This document shows, piece by piece, positions 1 through 11,431 of a stretch of DNA of 36,953 nt. The translations under genes and the position numbers were made by a program. The notes below the pieces were generated by a model, which was given only the letters and a program-made list of their open reading frames with translations, did no database searches and was not told the origin of the DNA. This stretch comes from Rhizaria sp. SCN 62-66 (taxonomy: Eukaryota), in the NCBI GenBank assembly GCA_001724265.1, contig MEDY01000309.1, positions 1-36,953 on the forward strand, in the 5' to 3' direction. Each line of letters begins with the position of its first letter. The first letter of the stretch is position 1.

Positions 1-285
1 CTCCTGACGGACGAGACGGAACTTGGGCTCGACGTCGAGGGCGTCCTCGAGGGAGTCGTAGATGGTGGCGAAGCCGGTGGACTTCATGCCGCCGACGTCG
101 GTCTTGAAGCCGAAAACGAAGACGGTCTTCTCGTCAGCAGAGTACATCTTGGCGAGGAGGTCGCGGATCGTCTTCTTGTCGGCAGTGCCGGAGTTGGGGT
201 GGTGAACATCAAGCACCATCTGACGACGCTTGAGGAGGGTGTTCTTGATCACCTTGCGCGTGCGCACGGAAACCTTGCCTGCCAT
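1..285 (-). CDS. RPS24: 40S ribosomal protein S24 (eS24), 3' end truncated by the window edge
   Basis: Manual translation from the ATG at 285-283: MAGKVSVRTRKVIKNTLLKRRQMVLDVHHPNSGTADKKTIRDLLAKMYSADEKTVFVFGFKTDVGGMKSTGFATIYDSLEDALDVEPKFRLVRQE. It shows the eS24 signatures (RTRK..N.LL.R.QM, VFGF.T..GG..STGFA.IYD, EPK.RL) and strong C/G-ending codon bias. It is absent from the ORF track because it has no stop in the window. Confidence 0.96.
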   Translation of the reverse strand, partial: MAGKVSVRTRKVIKNTLLKRRQMVLDVHHPNSGTADKKTIRDLLAKMYSADEKTVFVFGFKTDVGGMKSTGFATIYDSLEDALDVEPKFRLVRQE

Positions 286-2281
286 GGCCTGTGGACATAT
301 GCAAACAAGGGGGAACAAAGAGAAAGCAGGCAAAACAGAGTTCAGGGGGTCAGCAAACATGTCAGGGCTCAACACAGGGCGATCTCGACACCGACAACGC
401 GATTCGCGAGCGGTTCAAGCAGGCACAAAAGCACCGCGCTATACCGCGGCCATGCATTCTAAATAAGATATAACGCTTCTTCTTTCTTTACATCATATCC
501 CGATGCTCAAGCAAACTCGACCGCCGCCTCATCAGGGCTTCGATTGCTCGCGCACAATCGCACTGGGGGCCCAGCCCAGCCAGAGGGCGCCGGTCGGTCG
601 GTTCCCGCATGCAAATTAAGCCGCATGTGACCGTGGGCCCGAGCTTCGGAGCCACTCTCACAGACGCATCTCCGGTCCTTCGTATACCCCTTGTATATTC
701 TGCCTTTGTGATAAAACAAGGTGCAATATTCTACCGGTGAATATTTATGTATTTTTCTGTTTGTAAATCTTGTTCGAGCACTTGGGTTACGCGCTGTATC
801 CTTCGTTCTTAAGTTGCGGTGGCAGGTGGCATCTACATCTTTCGAGGCCGATATGCGTTGTGAACGTATGTTATTTGGATATACGTTATAGATTGTGCTT
901 AACAGGTTATTTTAGAGCATATGTATCAATTTTGGGCGAAGATTGATTCATTAAGTGTTCGTATCAGTCTACTTTTTCCGTATTCTTGAGTGGTATTACA
1001 ACCGGCTAAATGACTTCCTTCATCTCGATCTATGACTAATTGTTATATCAAAGTGCTTTAGCAAGTTATATTGTGTGCCAGTAACTATTATACTAAGCAC
1101 AGCCTTTGTTTCTTTGAGTGAGCTCATTTCGGCAGGCATCGATACCTCGACGCAACAATTTGTGCCACTTATGATTTTGCTTTTCCACACTGAATGCAGA
1201 CTCAAACTGCATAAAATGATTCTAGCGTGGGTCTGCGGGTTTTGGTATGCTGAGTAAATGAACAAATAAGACCAACAGTCACTTGTTGGACCTGCTTGTT
1301 ATTGCTAACGCTGCTTGATTTTTGTACAAATCGCTTCAGAAACAATGTGTGGTCAGTTTGAAAAACAAGTTAGTTATCACACAAGAGCGAATTCACAAAA
1401 GTAAAAGCATGCGTCATATTTTTTGAATAATGATGTCGTAAGGTATACGTTCAGCTCATTTGCATCAAACTCAATCTACTTTGATATATCTTTTAAAATG
1501 CGAGGTTGTCAACATTAGTTACGTTTGAAGATTTTACGTGATAAAACAACCAAACCGGACTTTCGTCGTTTCACCTCAATATATAACATGAAACAAAACG
1601 ATAAAAATAATATATCCAGTATTTGGCTCGATGTGGCAACGTTAGAAGCGACAGTCTGCGGCAGAGCACTCTATACGTGACACTTGACTGGCTACGACCG
1701 ACGAGATGGCCGAGAGAGTCGAAGAATGGACTTGAAGGACGAAGCAATGCTGCTTAGGGCGTATATGTGGGCGATATAGCTGCGAACACTGCGCTTACGT
1801 CACAAGTGTAGTGACACGTGTGACATGTTTTTGCAAGTCACTTGTGTGCGCCGTATTCACGTGTATATTCCAACTTGCCACTTACACTCTAGTACTGCGA
1901 CGCGAGTCACCTTTCGCCCGAACTTCCCGTCTGCCTCATGATGCATATCGACATTGTCTCACGTTGATCTTAGTTTGACCTTTTATTCCAACTGTATTTC
2001 TCTATTAGAAATCGTTTTCGCCTCTACCGCGGTACCTTAACCTCGGCAAAGACGCATCTCCCGCAAACTCCTCGGGTCGTGACTACCGCCGTTGCTGCTC
2101 TGCATCCATTGACCGAGTCCAACCCCCGCGACGCCTCTGCTGGCGCTCTCCGGTCTCCTCCTCATACCACGCCTCGTCGCGGCGTCTTTTCTTTGCAGTT
2201 ATTTCCGCCGCTCTTCCATTTCGGCTCTAACTCCGCGCCTATTGCGGCTGATTACTTTGTGATACATTCACCACCTCCACG

Positions 2282-5200
2282 ATGACTTCACGCCCGCAAC
2301 AGCAGCAAGGGGTGGCCCCGGCCTCGGGTGCGAAGCCTGCGCAGCTCCCCAGCTCCGCGACCCTTGGCCCCGCTGTCCCTCCTCTCTCCAACCTCAACGC
2401 CAGCAGCAGCGCGAATTCAAGCAGCAGCAGCAGCTCTCTGGCTCCACTCACGCTTGCTGCCACTCTCAGCGGCGGCAGCAGCAGGGGCAGCACCTCAGCT
2501 GCAGCTGGTGGCAAGCTAGCGAGTGCGTCTGTCAAGCGTCCTCTCACTCCCCCGCACACGAGCACCAGCGCCAGCAACGCACACAAGGCCGGCGCCAGCA
2601 CACACACTGTGAGTGCAAGTGTGGATGTGAATGCGAATGCCAACAGTGCCGCCGGTGGCGCGGACGACACCGCGGTCGCTGCAGCCCTGCGGCGGCGCTT
2701 GTTGCTGCCCGAGGTGCCCTCGCACCTGCGCCCGGCTTTCTCCCGCGCGCGCGCGCAGGTGGCCCGCCTGCTGAAGCGGCGCGAGGCCGAGCGTGCACAG
2801 CGCAAGCAGACTGCGCTGTTGACGCGCCTCCGCGGCGGACACAACACGTTGCCGCCCTCGGCCTCGGCCTCTGGCTCCGACGATGACGACGACGACGAGG
2901 GTGACGGCGGCCTGGAGCACGCCGCGGACGCGCACGCCGGCGGCAAGAGCGGCGGCAAACAGGCCGCCTCGGCCTCTGGCTCTGGAGGCTCTGGCGTAAG
3001 TGTGTGGCTCATTGTGCGCCTGCTCCTTGCCGGCGTCGTCGTTGAGTACGTCTGGACAGTCGGCGAGATCCTCATGATGCCGTATCTCCTCGATCTAGGC
3101 GTGCCCATCGCGATCGCGAACCTGCTCTGGCTCGTGAACCCCGTCTTCGGCCTCGTCATGCAGCCCATCGTCGGCCGCTGGACAGACTCGTGCTCTTCCC
3201 CGTGGGGGCGGCGGCGGCCCTTCGTGCTGGCGCTGATGCTCATGCTCACGCTCGGCTACACCTGCATTGTAGCCACGCCCACGTTGACGCTCTCGGACCG
3301 CCGGTGGTCCAAGGTCATGGACAAAGTCTCTCGCGCGCCGCCGCATATCGAGGGGATCGAGCTCGTCGAGTACAGTGAGACCGACGCCCTCAGCGCGGCG
3401 TTCGAGCACGAGTACGGCGTGGCGATGATGAGTCTCGGCGACAGTGACGGCGGCGACGACGCCGAACACGACGCCGCGAGCGAGGGCGGCCGTCACAGTG
3501 ACGCTGACCACGACGTGGTCGACGGCGCCGCATACCACCACAGCACGAATGTGCACGCAAACGGCCACGGTAGCGGCAGCCCGAACGCGGCGAGCGCTCT
3601 CAAGCAGCTGCAGCAGTCGATCAACACCAAAAACGGGGACAGCAACAAGAGCAACAGTAATAGCTCTCCTGTGTTCGCTGAAACCTCAGACGACAAGACT
3701 GCTGCTGCTGAGACTGGTTTAGAGCCGTCGGCCTCTTCCGGGGAGGCGGAACCTGCGGGCGAGACGACAAAGATGCTCGTCCCGGCGGTGTACGTCGTGC
3801 TCACGTTCATCGCCTACGGCGCGAGCGACCTAGCCGTGGATCTGCTGCTCATCCCCTCGCGCGCGCTCATCAATGACGCGCTCGCCGCCGCGCCGTCCAA
3901 GGACCGCGAGCGCGTCAACGCGTGGTTCGGCGCCGCGGGCGGCGTGGGCCGGCTGCTGGGCCTGGGGCTGGTGGCGATGCCGATGCGCTGGGTCCCGCGG
4001 CCGCTCATGGCGCTCTTCGTGCCGGATAACAAGCTCGAGCACTACTACAACTACGACCCCAGAGTCTACAACGACGGCGGCGACCCCGAAAGTGGCGACA
4101 TCAAGGTGATGAACGCTGACGCGGATGTCGACGGCGATGAAAGCACGTCCGGGTTTGAGCTGACCAAGAGCGAGAAGGAAACCGTCGCCAATATCATGAA
4201 GGCGGACAAGGACCTCAGTAGTAGCTCCGACAAGACTGCGGCGGCCGTCTCCAAGGGCGGCTCTAAGGGCGGCAAGGAGGCGGCTGCGGGCGGCAAGCGA
4301 GCGCATCTGAGCGCGGCCGAGGCGCGCGATAAGTTCGAGCAGGCTGAGAAGTGGGTCGAGACGAGCGCCGTGCACGTGCGCGTGTGTTTCATCCTCTCTG
4401 CGCTTATGTTCCTAGCCATGTTGACTCCCGTGCTCACCGTCGCCGAGGTCCCCATCCCGCCCCCGCAGCCCGCCATCGAGAACAACGGCGCCGCCTCATC
4501 CGCGTCCAACGCCAGCTCGACAAACAGTTGCAGCGGCAGTGTGGTGCTGACCGAGGCCGAGCAGAAGGCTGCGGCCGCAGAGGCCGCCGCGGCCGCCCGG
4601 GCCAAGCGCCGCCGCGCGCGCGCGCAGAGTCGCAAAGTCGTCAAGATCATCGGCAGCACCAACAACATCGACGACGCTGACGGCGGCGGCATCGGGAGCC
4701 ATCTAAGTACCGCCAGCGGTCTAAGTGCCCGCCGCCGTGGCCGCGTTGCCGGTGCTGCCGCTAAGAGCGCTGAGCCCGGCCTCGAGATGGCTCTGCTGCC
4801 GTCCTCCAACACCGCAAGCCTCGCCTCCACCACCGGCGCGGTCGCCGGCAATGGCGACGTCTCCGGCGCGGTGAACGGCGCTGTGAGCGGGCCGCTGGCG
4901 CGCGTGGGCCGCGGGTGGGGGCGCGACGACGGGTACGTGGCCGAGAACGACCTGGGCGTCGAGGAGGACGACGTTGAGGACGATAGTGACCGCGAAAGCC
5001 GAAGCGAGGAGCTCAGCGAGAGCGAAGAGGAGGAGGCCGACGATGACAGTGATGCCGACGACATCGTCGCCAAGCTCGCCACCACGGCCGCCGCCGCCTC
5101 CAAGGGCGGCGCAGGCATTGCGAAGAGTGCGAGCTTGAGCAAGAGCACGGGCGCGCTCAGCGCCAGAGCTGCCGCCAACGCTGCCGCAGGCGCTACGGGG

Positions 5201-5427
5201 TTTGTTGGCGGCGGCAGCACTTACCAAGCCGACTACGGCCACGCTCAGGCTGGCCTCGGCTCTGCCCAGCAGCAACAGCAGCAGCAGCAGGCGCCGACTG
5301 GCTACGGGCACGGCTACGAGTACAGCGATGATGCCCCCCACGGCGACGGCGTCGGCTACGCGCCTGGCGACCTGTTCGAGGACGAGGACGAGGACGACTA
5401 CGACGGCGTGACGGCCTTCCACACCAG

Positions 5428-5458
<31 letters not shown>

Positions 5459-8400
5459 GCGGCCGCCGCTGTGGTGGCTGAGGCCGGCGGCTACAGCTAC
5501 CCGTCCGCCGCGGGCTCCGTGACGCACCACAACGGCATCTTTGCCTATTACAATACCCGCAACCACCACCGCCACGGCCATGGCCACGGCCACGGCGCTC
5601 ACCGTTACTCCGATGCCCAAGGCCAGGACTGGGACGCCGCGGAGGCCGAGGACGAGGCCGACGCGGGCACTGAGACCGAGGGCGACGGCGGCTACGACGA
5701 GGAGAAGTGGCTCTTTGACGAGTTCGGCTACGCCTACGTCTACGACAACTGCTGCATGCCGCCGCCGCCTCAGTTCGACGACGACAATATCGACGACGAC
5801 AACGTGAACAGCAACAATAACAGCAACCCCGCGGCGGCCGCGCTGGCCCGCGCGCGCGCCGCGCAGCAGCATGCATGGGAGATGCACCTGCGCAACCACA
5901 AGCTCTACGTGTACGATGTGTGCGGCCGGCCCGTGCGCGTGCGCCGCATGTACGGCAAAACGGGCGCCAACACCGGTGGCGGCGCGCGCGGCAGTGGCGA
6001 CGGCTCTGGTGCCGGCGATGACAACGGGGGCGGCAACAACCTCAATGTTGTTGCCGGCAACAGCGCTGCTGGCGGCAGCGGCCTGGTGAAGGCGGACGAC
6101 GGCAGCTTCTACAGCAACACCACCTACGAGTGGCCCTATAACAGCAACAACAACGCCGGCAACAATGACAACAGTGCCACTGCGACCACGGTCTCGCTCG
6201 CGGCTGCCAAGGCCCGCGCCCGCGCCGCCGCCGCGCGCGCCGCGGCCACCGGCCACGGACTCGGTGTCGGTGTCGGTGTCAAGGGCGCTAAAGCTGCTGC
6301 GGTGGCCGGCGACGATAGCGGCACGGTCGCGCTTTGGGTGCGGCGCATGCTCAAGCGCCTGAAGCTCGCGCCCGCCGCCGCCGCCGCGCCCGCTGCCGGC
6401 GCTGCCCACGGTCACTCTCACGGTCACGGTCACGGAGTGCCTGCAGGGGCGACAGCGGTCAGCGTGGGCGCGAAGCACCCCCACAAGCACCACAAGAGCG
6501 GCCGGGACGACGGCGCGGCCGCTGGCGGCGGCTACGGGTCGCTCGACGCCGATGACGGCGCCGCTGCGGCCGCCCGCGCCGCACGCACGAACCGCCTCGA
6601 GAACCGCTCCGAGAGCCGCACTGAGCGCCGGCGCGCGCGCGTGCGGGCCCGGCTGGCCTCGGCCGCGGCCGCCTCCGCAGAGCACCACGCCGACCCCGAG
6701 GCCGGCATCGGCGGTGTCGGCGTCAGCGAGGCCGGGTACATCCAGCAGAGGGACGACGAGGACGGCGACGACGCCAACAGGCTCTACAGCAACGCTGCCG
6801 CGGGGCTGTACAGCGACTCGGACGTGTCGTCCGATGACGGCAGCAGCAACAGCGACTGCTGCCACAGCGACCCCAGCTCCGCCGAAGACAGCAGCGACGG
6901 CGACAGCGACGACGACAGTGAGTTCGAGTCCGACGCCGACGCCGAGTCTAGCGCCAGCGCCAGCGCTAGTGCGAGTGGTGAGTCTGGTAGCAAGTCTGGC
7001 AGGAAGATTCGCGAGGACGAGGACTTCGACGGCAGCGTGAGCACGGACCCCACCCGTGTCGGCGCCTTCAGGGCCAGCATCGCGCGCTTCACCTCGCTCT
7101 TCCTCTGCTTCTCGCCGCGCTTCACGCCCCACAAGACCGACAGCAGCAACAGCAGCAGCAGCAGCAGTGGCGGCTACGACTACGACGACATCGCGCTCGC
7201 CAAGTCCGACGCCACCAGCTCCGCGGTGCCGCTGCTGGGGACCGCCGACGGCGGCATCGTGGCCGTGGGCGCGGACAGCAACAGCAACTGTCGACACTGC
7301 GACAGCCGCCGCGCGCGCCGCCACCGCCGCCGCGCACGCGCACGCGCCGCTGCCAAGCAGGCGCGCAAGGAGGCCGCCGCGGCCCAGGGCGGGCGCCGCC
7401 GCAGGGGTCTGTTGCGCCGGGCCGCGCGCGCGCTGCGCAGGCGCGTGCGCTTCCATCTCCCGGGCTTTCTGTCGGGGATCGTCGAAACCATCGGCACCGA
7501 GCTCGGCGGCGTCGCAGAGGTACGTGTCCAAGTGATCAACTTGGAATCTCTTGCTTTATTGTGATCTGGCGAATATGCTCTGACTGATGTTGAATTTAAT
7601 CACTTATGTGTACTTCCAAATCGTCTATATCTCGGCAAAAACTCACTTTTTTTATCGTCTTGATCTTTTGTTTTCCTTTTCCCCCTGCTTAGACGTTCCG
7701 GTCGCTGCCGCCCGTGCTCGTGCGGACGTGGCTGCAGGCGGCGAGCATGTGGTACCTGAACCAGACCATCTGCATGTGGTGGTCCTCCTTCTGCGCCGAC
7801 GACGTGCTCACGCGGCCCGCCCGCGACCGTCTCCGCGCCTCCGGCGGCAGCGCCTCGGCCATCGTGCCCGACATGCAGGCGGGCGTGCGCCTCGCGACGC
7901 TGTGCCTGGCCATCAGCGGCGTCATCGTCTTCTTTTTCGGCTCCCTCGCGCTGCCGCGGCTTAACCGCGCACTGGGCCCGCGCGTGTGGTTTCACATCAG
8001 CTTCGCGCTGCAGTACACCTCGGTGCTGCTCATGTGCCTCACGCCGATGGGCATGACGCCGCTGGGCGCCGTGCTCTGCTACAGTGTCATGGGCATCGTC
8101 TACCCCACTCTGCACACCAACTCGTTCGTCATCGCCGCCAAGTACTACTCGCCAGAATATGACACGGTCGTCGCCGCGCTTAACCAGCGCCGCGCCACGC
8201 TGCTCGCGCCGTTGCGCGCTTCGCTGCACCGGCAGCTCGTCGCCGCCGAGGCCGCCGAGGCCGCAGCGGCCGGGGCCGGCGAGACCGACGGCCTGCTGGC
8301 CGGGCAGAAGGGCGGCGCGGGCACGAAGGGCTCCGCTGGTGCTGCTGGTGCTGGGAAGGGTGGAAAGGCACTTAAGAGCGTGTCCTCCGCGAGGCAGTAC

Positions 8401-10773
8401 TTAGACGCGCTCAAGAAGTTAAGCCGCAAGACCCTGACAACCTTCACCAACTCTAGCGACGGCTCCGGCCCCGGCACGCTCGCCCTGACCCACGCGCCCG
8501 CCGCGCACGCCGCCGCTGCCGCCGAGGCGGGCGCTGCGCCCGCTAATGAGGGCGACGCTGCGGCGGTCGACGACGACCGCGAGTACACGGCCCCCAACGT
8601 CGTCCGCATCTCGGGCATCCGCTCGCAGCCCTCCTCACCCGCGCACGCCAGCCTGAGCGCCGCCGCCGGCACCGCCATTGCCGGCGGCGCGGCGGCCGCT
8701 GCGGGCGCGGCAGGCGCCACTCACAACCACGGCCACAAGCACCCGTCGGCGCTGACTCTCGGCGCCTCTGCCGCCGCCGCTATCGCCGGTGGCGCCGACG
8801 CCGGCATGATGAGCGCCTTCGAGGGCGACTTGACCGACGTCGGCGCGAGCGTCGTCGCAGGCACCGTGCCCGCCGACGGGTTCGACGCCCTCCTCTCCGC
8901 CGCCCCGGCCCCCGTGATCACAGCGGCCGCCGGCGTCACCGTCGCCGCCGCCGGTGCGAACGCTGGCGCTGGCGCTGTGGACGTGGTGAGCGGCGACATG
9001 AGCGACACGATCCTGGGCCTGACGCTGACGAAGCCGCTGATCATGCTGGAGCCCGAGGAGGCGGACGCCAAGCTGACCGCCGCCGCCGCCGCCATCGCCA
9101 CCGCCACCTCGGCACTCGCGCAGCACAGCGCGGACTCCAACGCCGACGCCGGCGCCGGCGCTAGTGTGAAGACTGCTGGCGCTGCCGCCTCTGCGGGTGC
9201 TGCGAAGACCCCCGGCCGCAGCGGTGTGACACACATCATCAGCAACAGCAGCAGCAACAATGCGCCCGGCTCCGGCTCCGGCTCTGGCTCTGGTGCCAAG
9301 GCCACCGTTAGCGCCCTGCCCAAGAGCTCCAGCGCCACTCCGGCCAAGAGCAAGGGCGTAGGCAGCGCAAAGATCCCCTCTGTGGCGAACGACATCGACG
9401 AGACGTACGGCCTGGGCACCGACAACAGCTTCGCCGACGCTGACGCCGACGCCGACGCCGAGGGCGACCGGTACGCCAGCGTCGTGGTCGGCGACGGGAG
9501 CCGGCGCGCCCGCCTGCGCGCGCTGGCTATCAGCGCCGCGGTTGGCGGCGGCGCCATGAGCGCTGCCGAGGACGGGCTGAGCGCTTACGAGTATGACGAC
9601 GGCGACAGCCTCGACGCCGGCGAGGGCGGCGGCAGCACGCCCAGGCGCGCGCGCGTGCGCCGCGGCGGCGATGTGACCGTGAACGGCGGCATGATGAGCG
9701 GTGACAACATCGATAACGACACGGGCACGGCGCGCGACTGCGACACCGACGGCACCGCCACCACCTACACCAACCGCCGCGGCGACGGGCTGCGCGACGC
9801 GGCTGATCTTGGCGACGCCGCGACCGAATTCAACACCGACGTCACCGACCTCAACGACCGTGAGCAGCGGATCGACGCAGTGCACAGCTTCAGTGACCGC
9901 GAGCACGACGCCGGCTCGCTCTCAGACTACGGCTCTACCGGCACCGGCTCCGGCGCTGGCGCGGGCGTTGGGGGCGCTCTTGTTCCTGTCCCGCTCTCGA
10001 CCTCGGCCTCGCTCGTCCTCCTCCCGCGCGCCGCCGCCAGCAGCGACGCCGCCGCCACGGGCGTCGCAGATGCTGACGGCGCGGGCGCGCTCGCCGCCTT
10101 CAGCGACAACGACGCCGCGCACGTGCGCAGCGCCGCCGCCAGCAGCGCCACCGCGCTGACCGTTGCTGCCGCCCCCACCGCGACCTCCGTGGCGACGAGC
10201 GGCGGCGGCGGCGGCGGCGGCGGACTGAGCCGCGGCGAGCAGCGGCAGCGCCGGCACGAGGCGCAGGCGCGCGTCCGCGACACGGTCGAGATCGCGGTGC
10301 GCTCGCGCGAGCTGGCCAAGGAGGCCTCGCTCGAGGTGCTCGCGCAGCAGGAGCAGGCGGGCACCGACGACGAGTGCTTCGGCGCCGTGGCGGCGGTCAT
10401 GACGGTGACGATGACGCTCGGCCAGTGCCTCATGGGGCTGACCGCGGGCGTGCTGATCCACCTCACTGGCTCCATCCAGCACGTCTTCACGCTCACCGCT
10501 GTCTTACTCATCGCCATCCACGTCGGGCTGCTGAGCGTCGAATACCGCGAATGGCGCCGCGACGAGAACATCGCCAACGAGCTCGCGCGCCGCCGCCGCC
10601 AGCGTAGGAAGCTCGAGCGCGAGGCCCGCGCCGTGCAGCGCGCCGCGCGCGCGCTCACTAAGACGGCCGTGCGCGACGCCAAGAAGCAGCAGAAGTCAGA
10701 GGCGCTGCTCAGCAGCAGCAGCATCAGCAGCGCCAGCAAGGGCGGCAGCGGCAGTAAGGCTGCGCATAAGTAA
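2282..10773 (+). CDS. MFS sucrose/H+ symporter-like transporter (SUC/SUT/SLC45 family), about 2772 aa. Exons 2282-7519 and 7693-10773.
   Basis: Family motif WLVNPVFGLVMQPIVGRWTDSCSSPWGRRRPFV, plus D....PSRALIND and multiple TM helices. A phase-0 intron 7520-7692 (GAG|GTACGT...cttag|ACG) joins the 1760-aa and 1019-aa ORFs in frame. Ends TAA at 10771-10773. Confidence 0.88.
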
Positions 10774-11431
10774 AAAAATATAAGAACAGACAGCTCGTAT
10801 TGAGCCATCTGGGCTTGACTTCACTTAATCATTACTATAACGTGTATATATAGTTTAGATACTATTGTTTTTCTACGTTAATGCGTATTTCACATCTTAA
10901 TTATCTTTATTATCATCAATTGATTCGAACAGTCTGTGTCAGTGTTACTCTTTAGGTGGCTTTTATTTTAGAGTGACTACCTGATGTGAATACTGTAACG
11001 AATACATATAACCGGATTCATATCATGTAAATGATCGTTTTGTATCTTCAACCCACGTTTTTTCGCTAAAAATGTATGTTTTGTGGATATAATGTTGTAA
11101 ACAAAACCATAAAACAATTTGTGGTTGTTCGTCGCGGGTTGCGGCAGCTGAGAAAACCTTGAACAATCATGTCTATCCTAGCATAAAAGTCCGTTAACAG
11201 CAAATAATACATGTGTCACGGAATTATGAATTAGTTTTTAAAATGTTAACTGTAATTTTACGTCCTATATCACAAATCTTATTGAGATATCCTTCATTTG
11301 CCCTGGGTCGCTCGCTCTCTAGATTTGCGCACTTGCTCGCGCGCAACAACTCAACTTGCACCAGCACTACCAAGCGGTTTTTCCTATCGGACCCATTTCA
11401 ACAGCAACGCATCTTTGCTTATTATTAACCT

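Noticed and set aside
340-540. C/D snoRNA or hammerhead ribozyme upstream of RPS24 (minus-strand CTGATGAG, ATGATG, CTGA)
   Set aside because: There is no GAAA/stem II for a hammerhead, the box C is imperfect, and I see no terminal stem or recognisable rRNA guide. An Infernal/snoscan search would be needed.
4721-7531. 936-aa minus-strand ORF and similar overlapping ORFs
   Set aside because: Antisense shadow of a GC-rich coding sequence. It is V/A/G-rich with no motifs.
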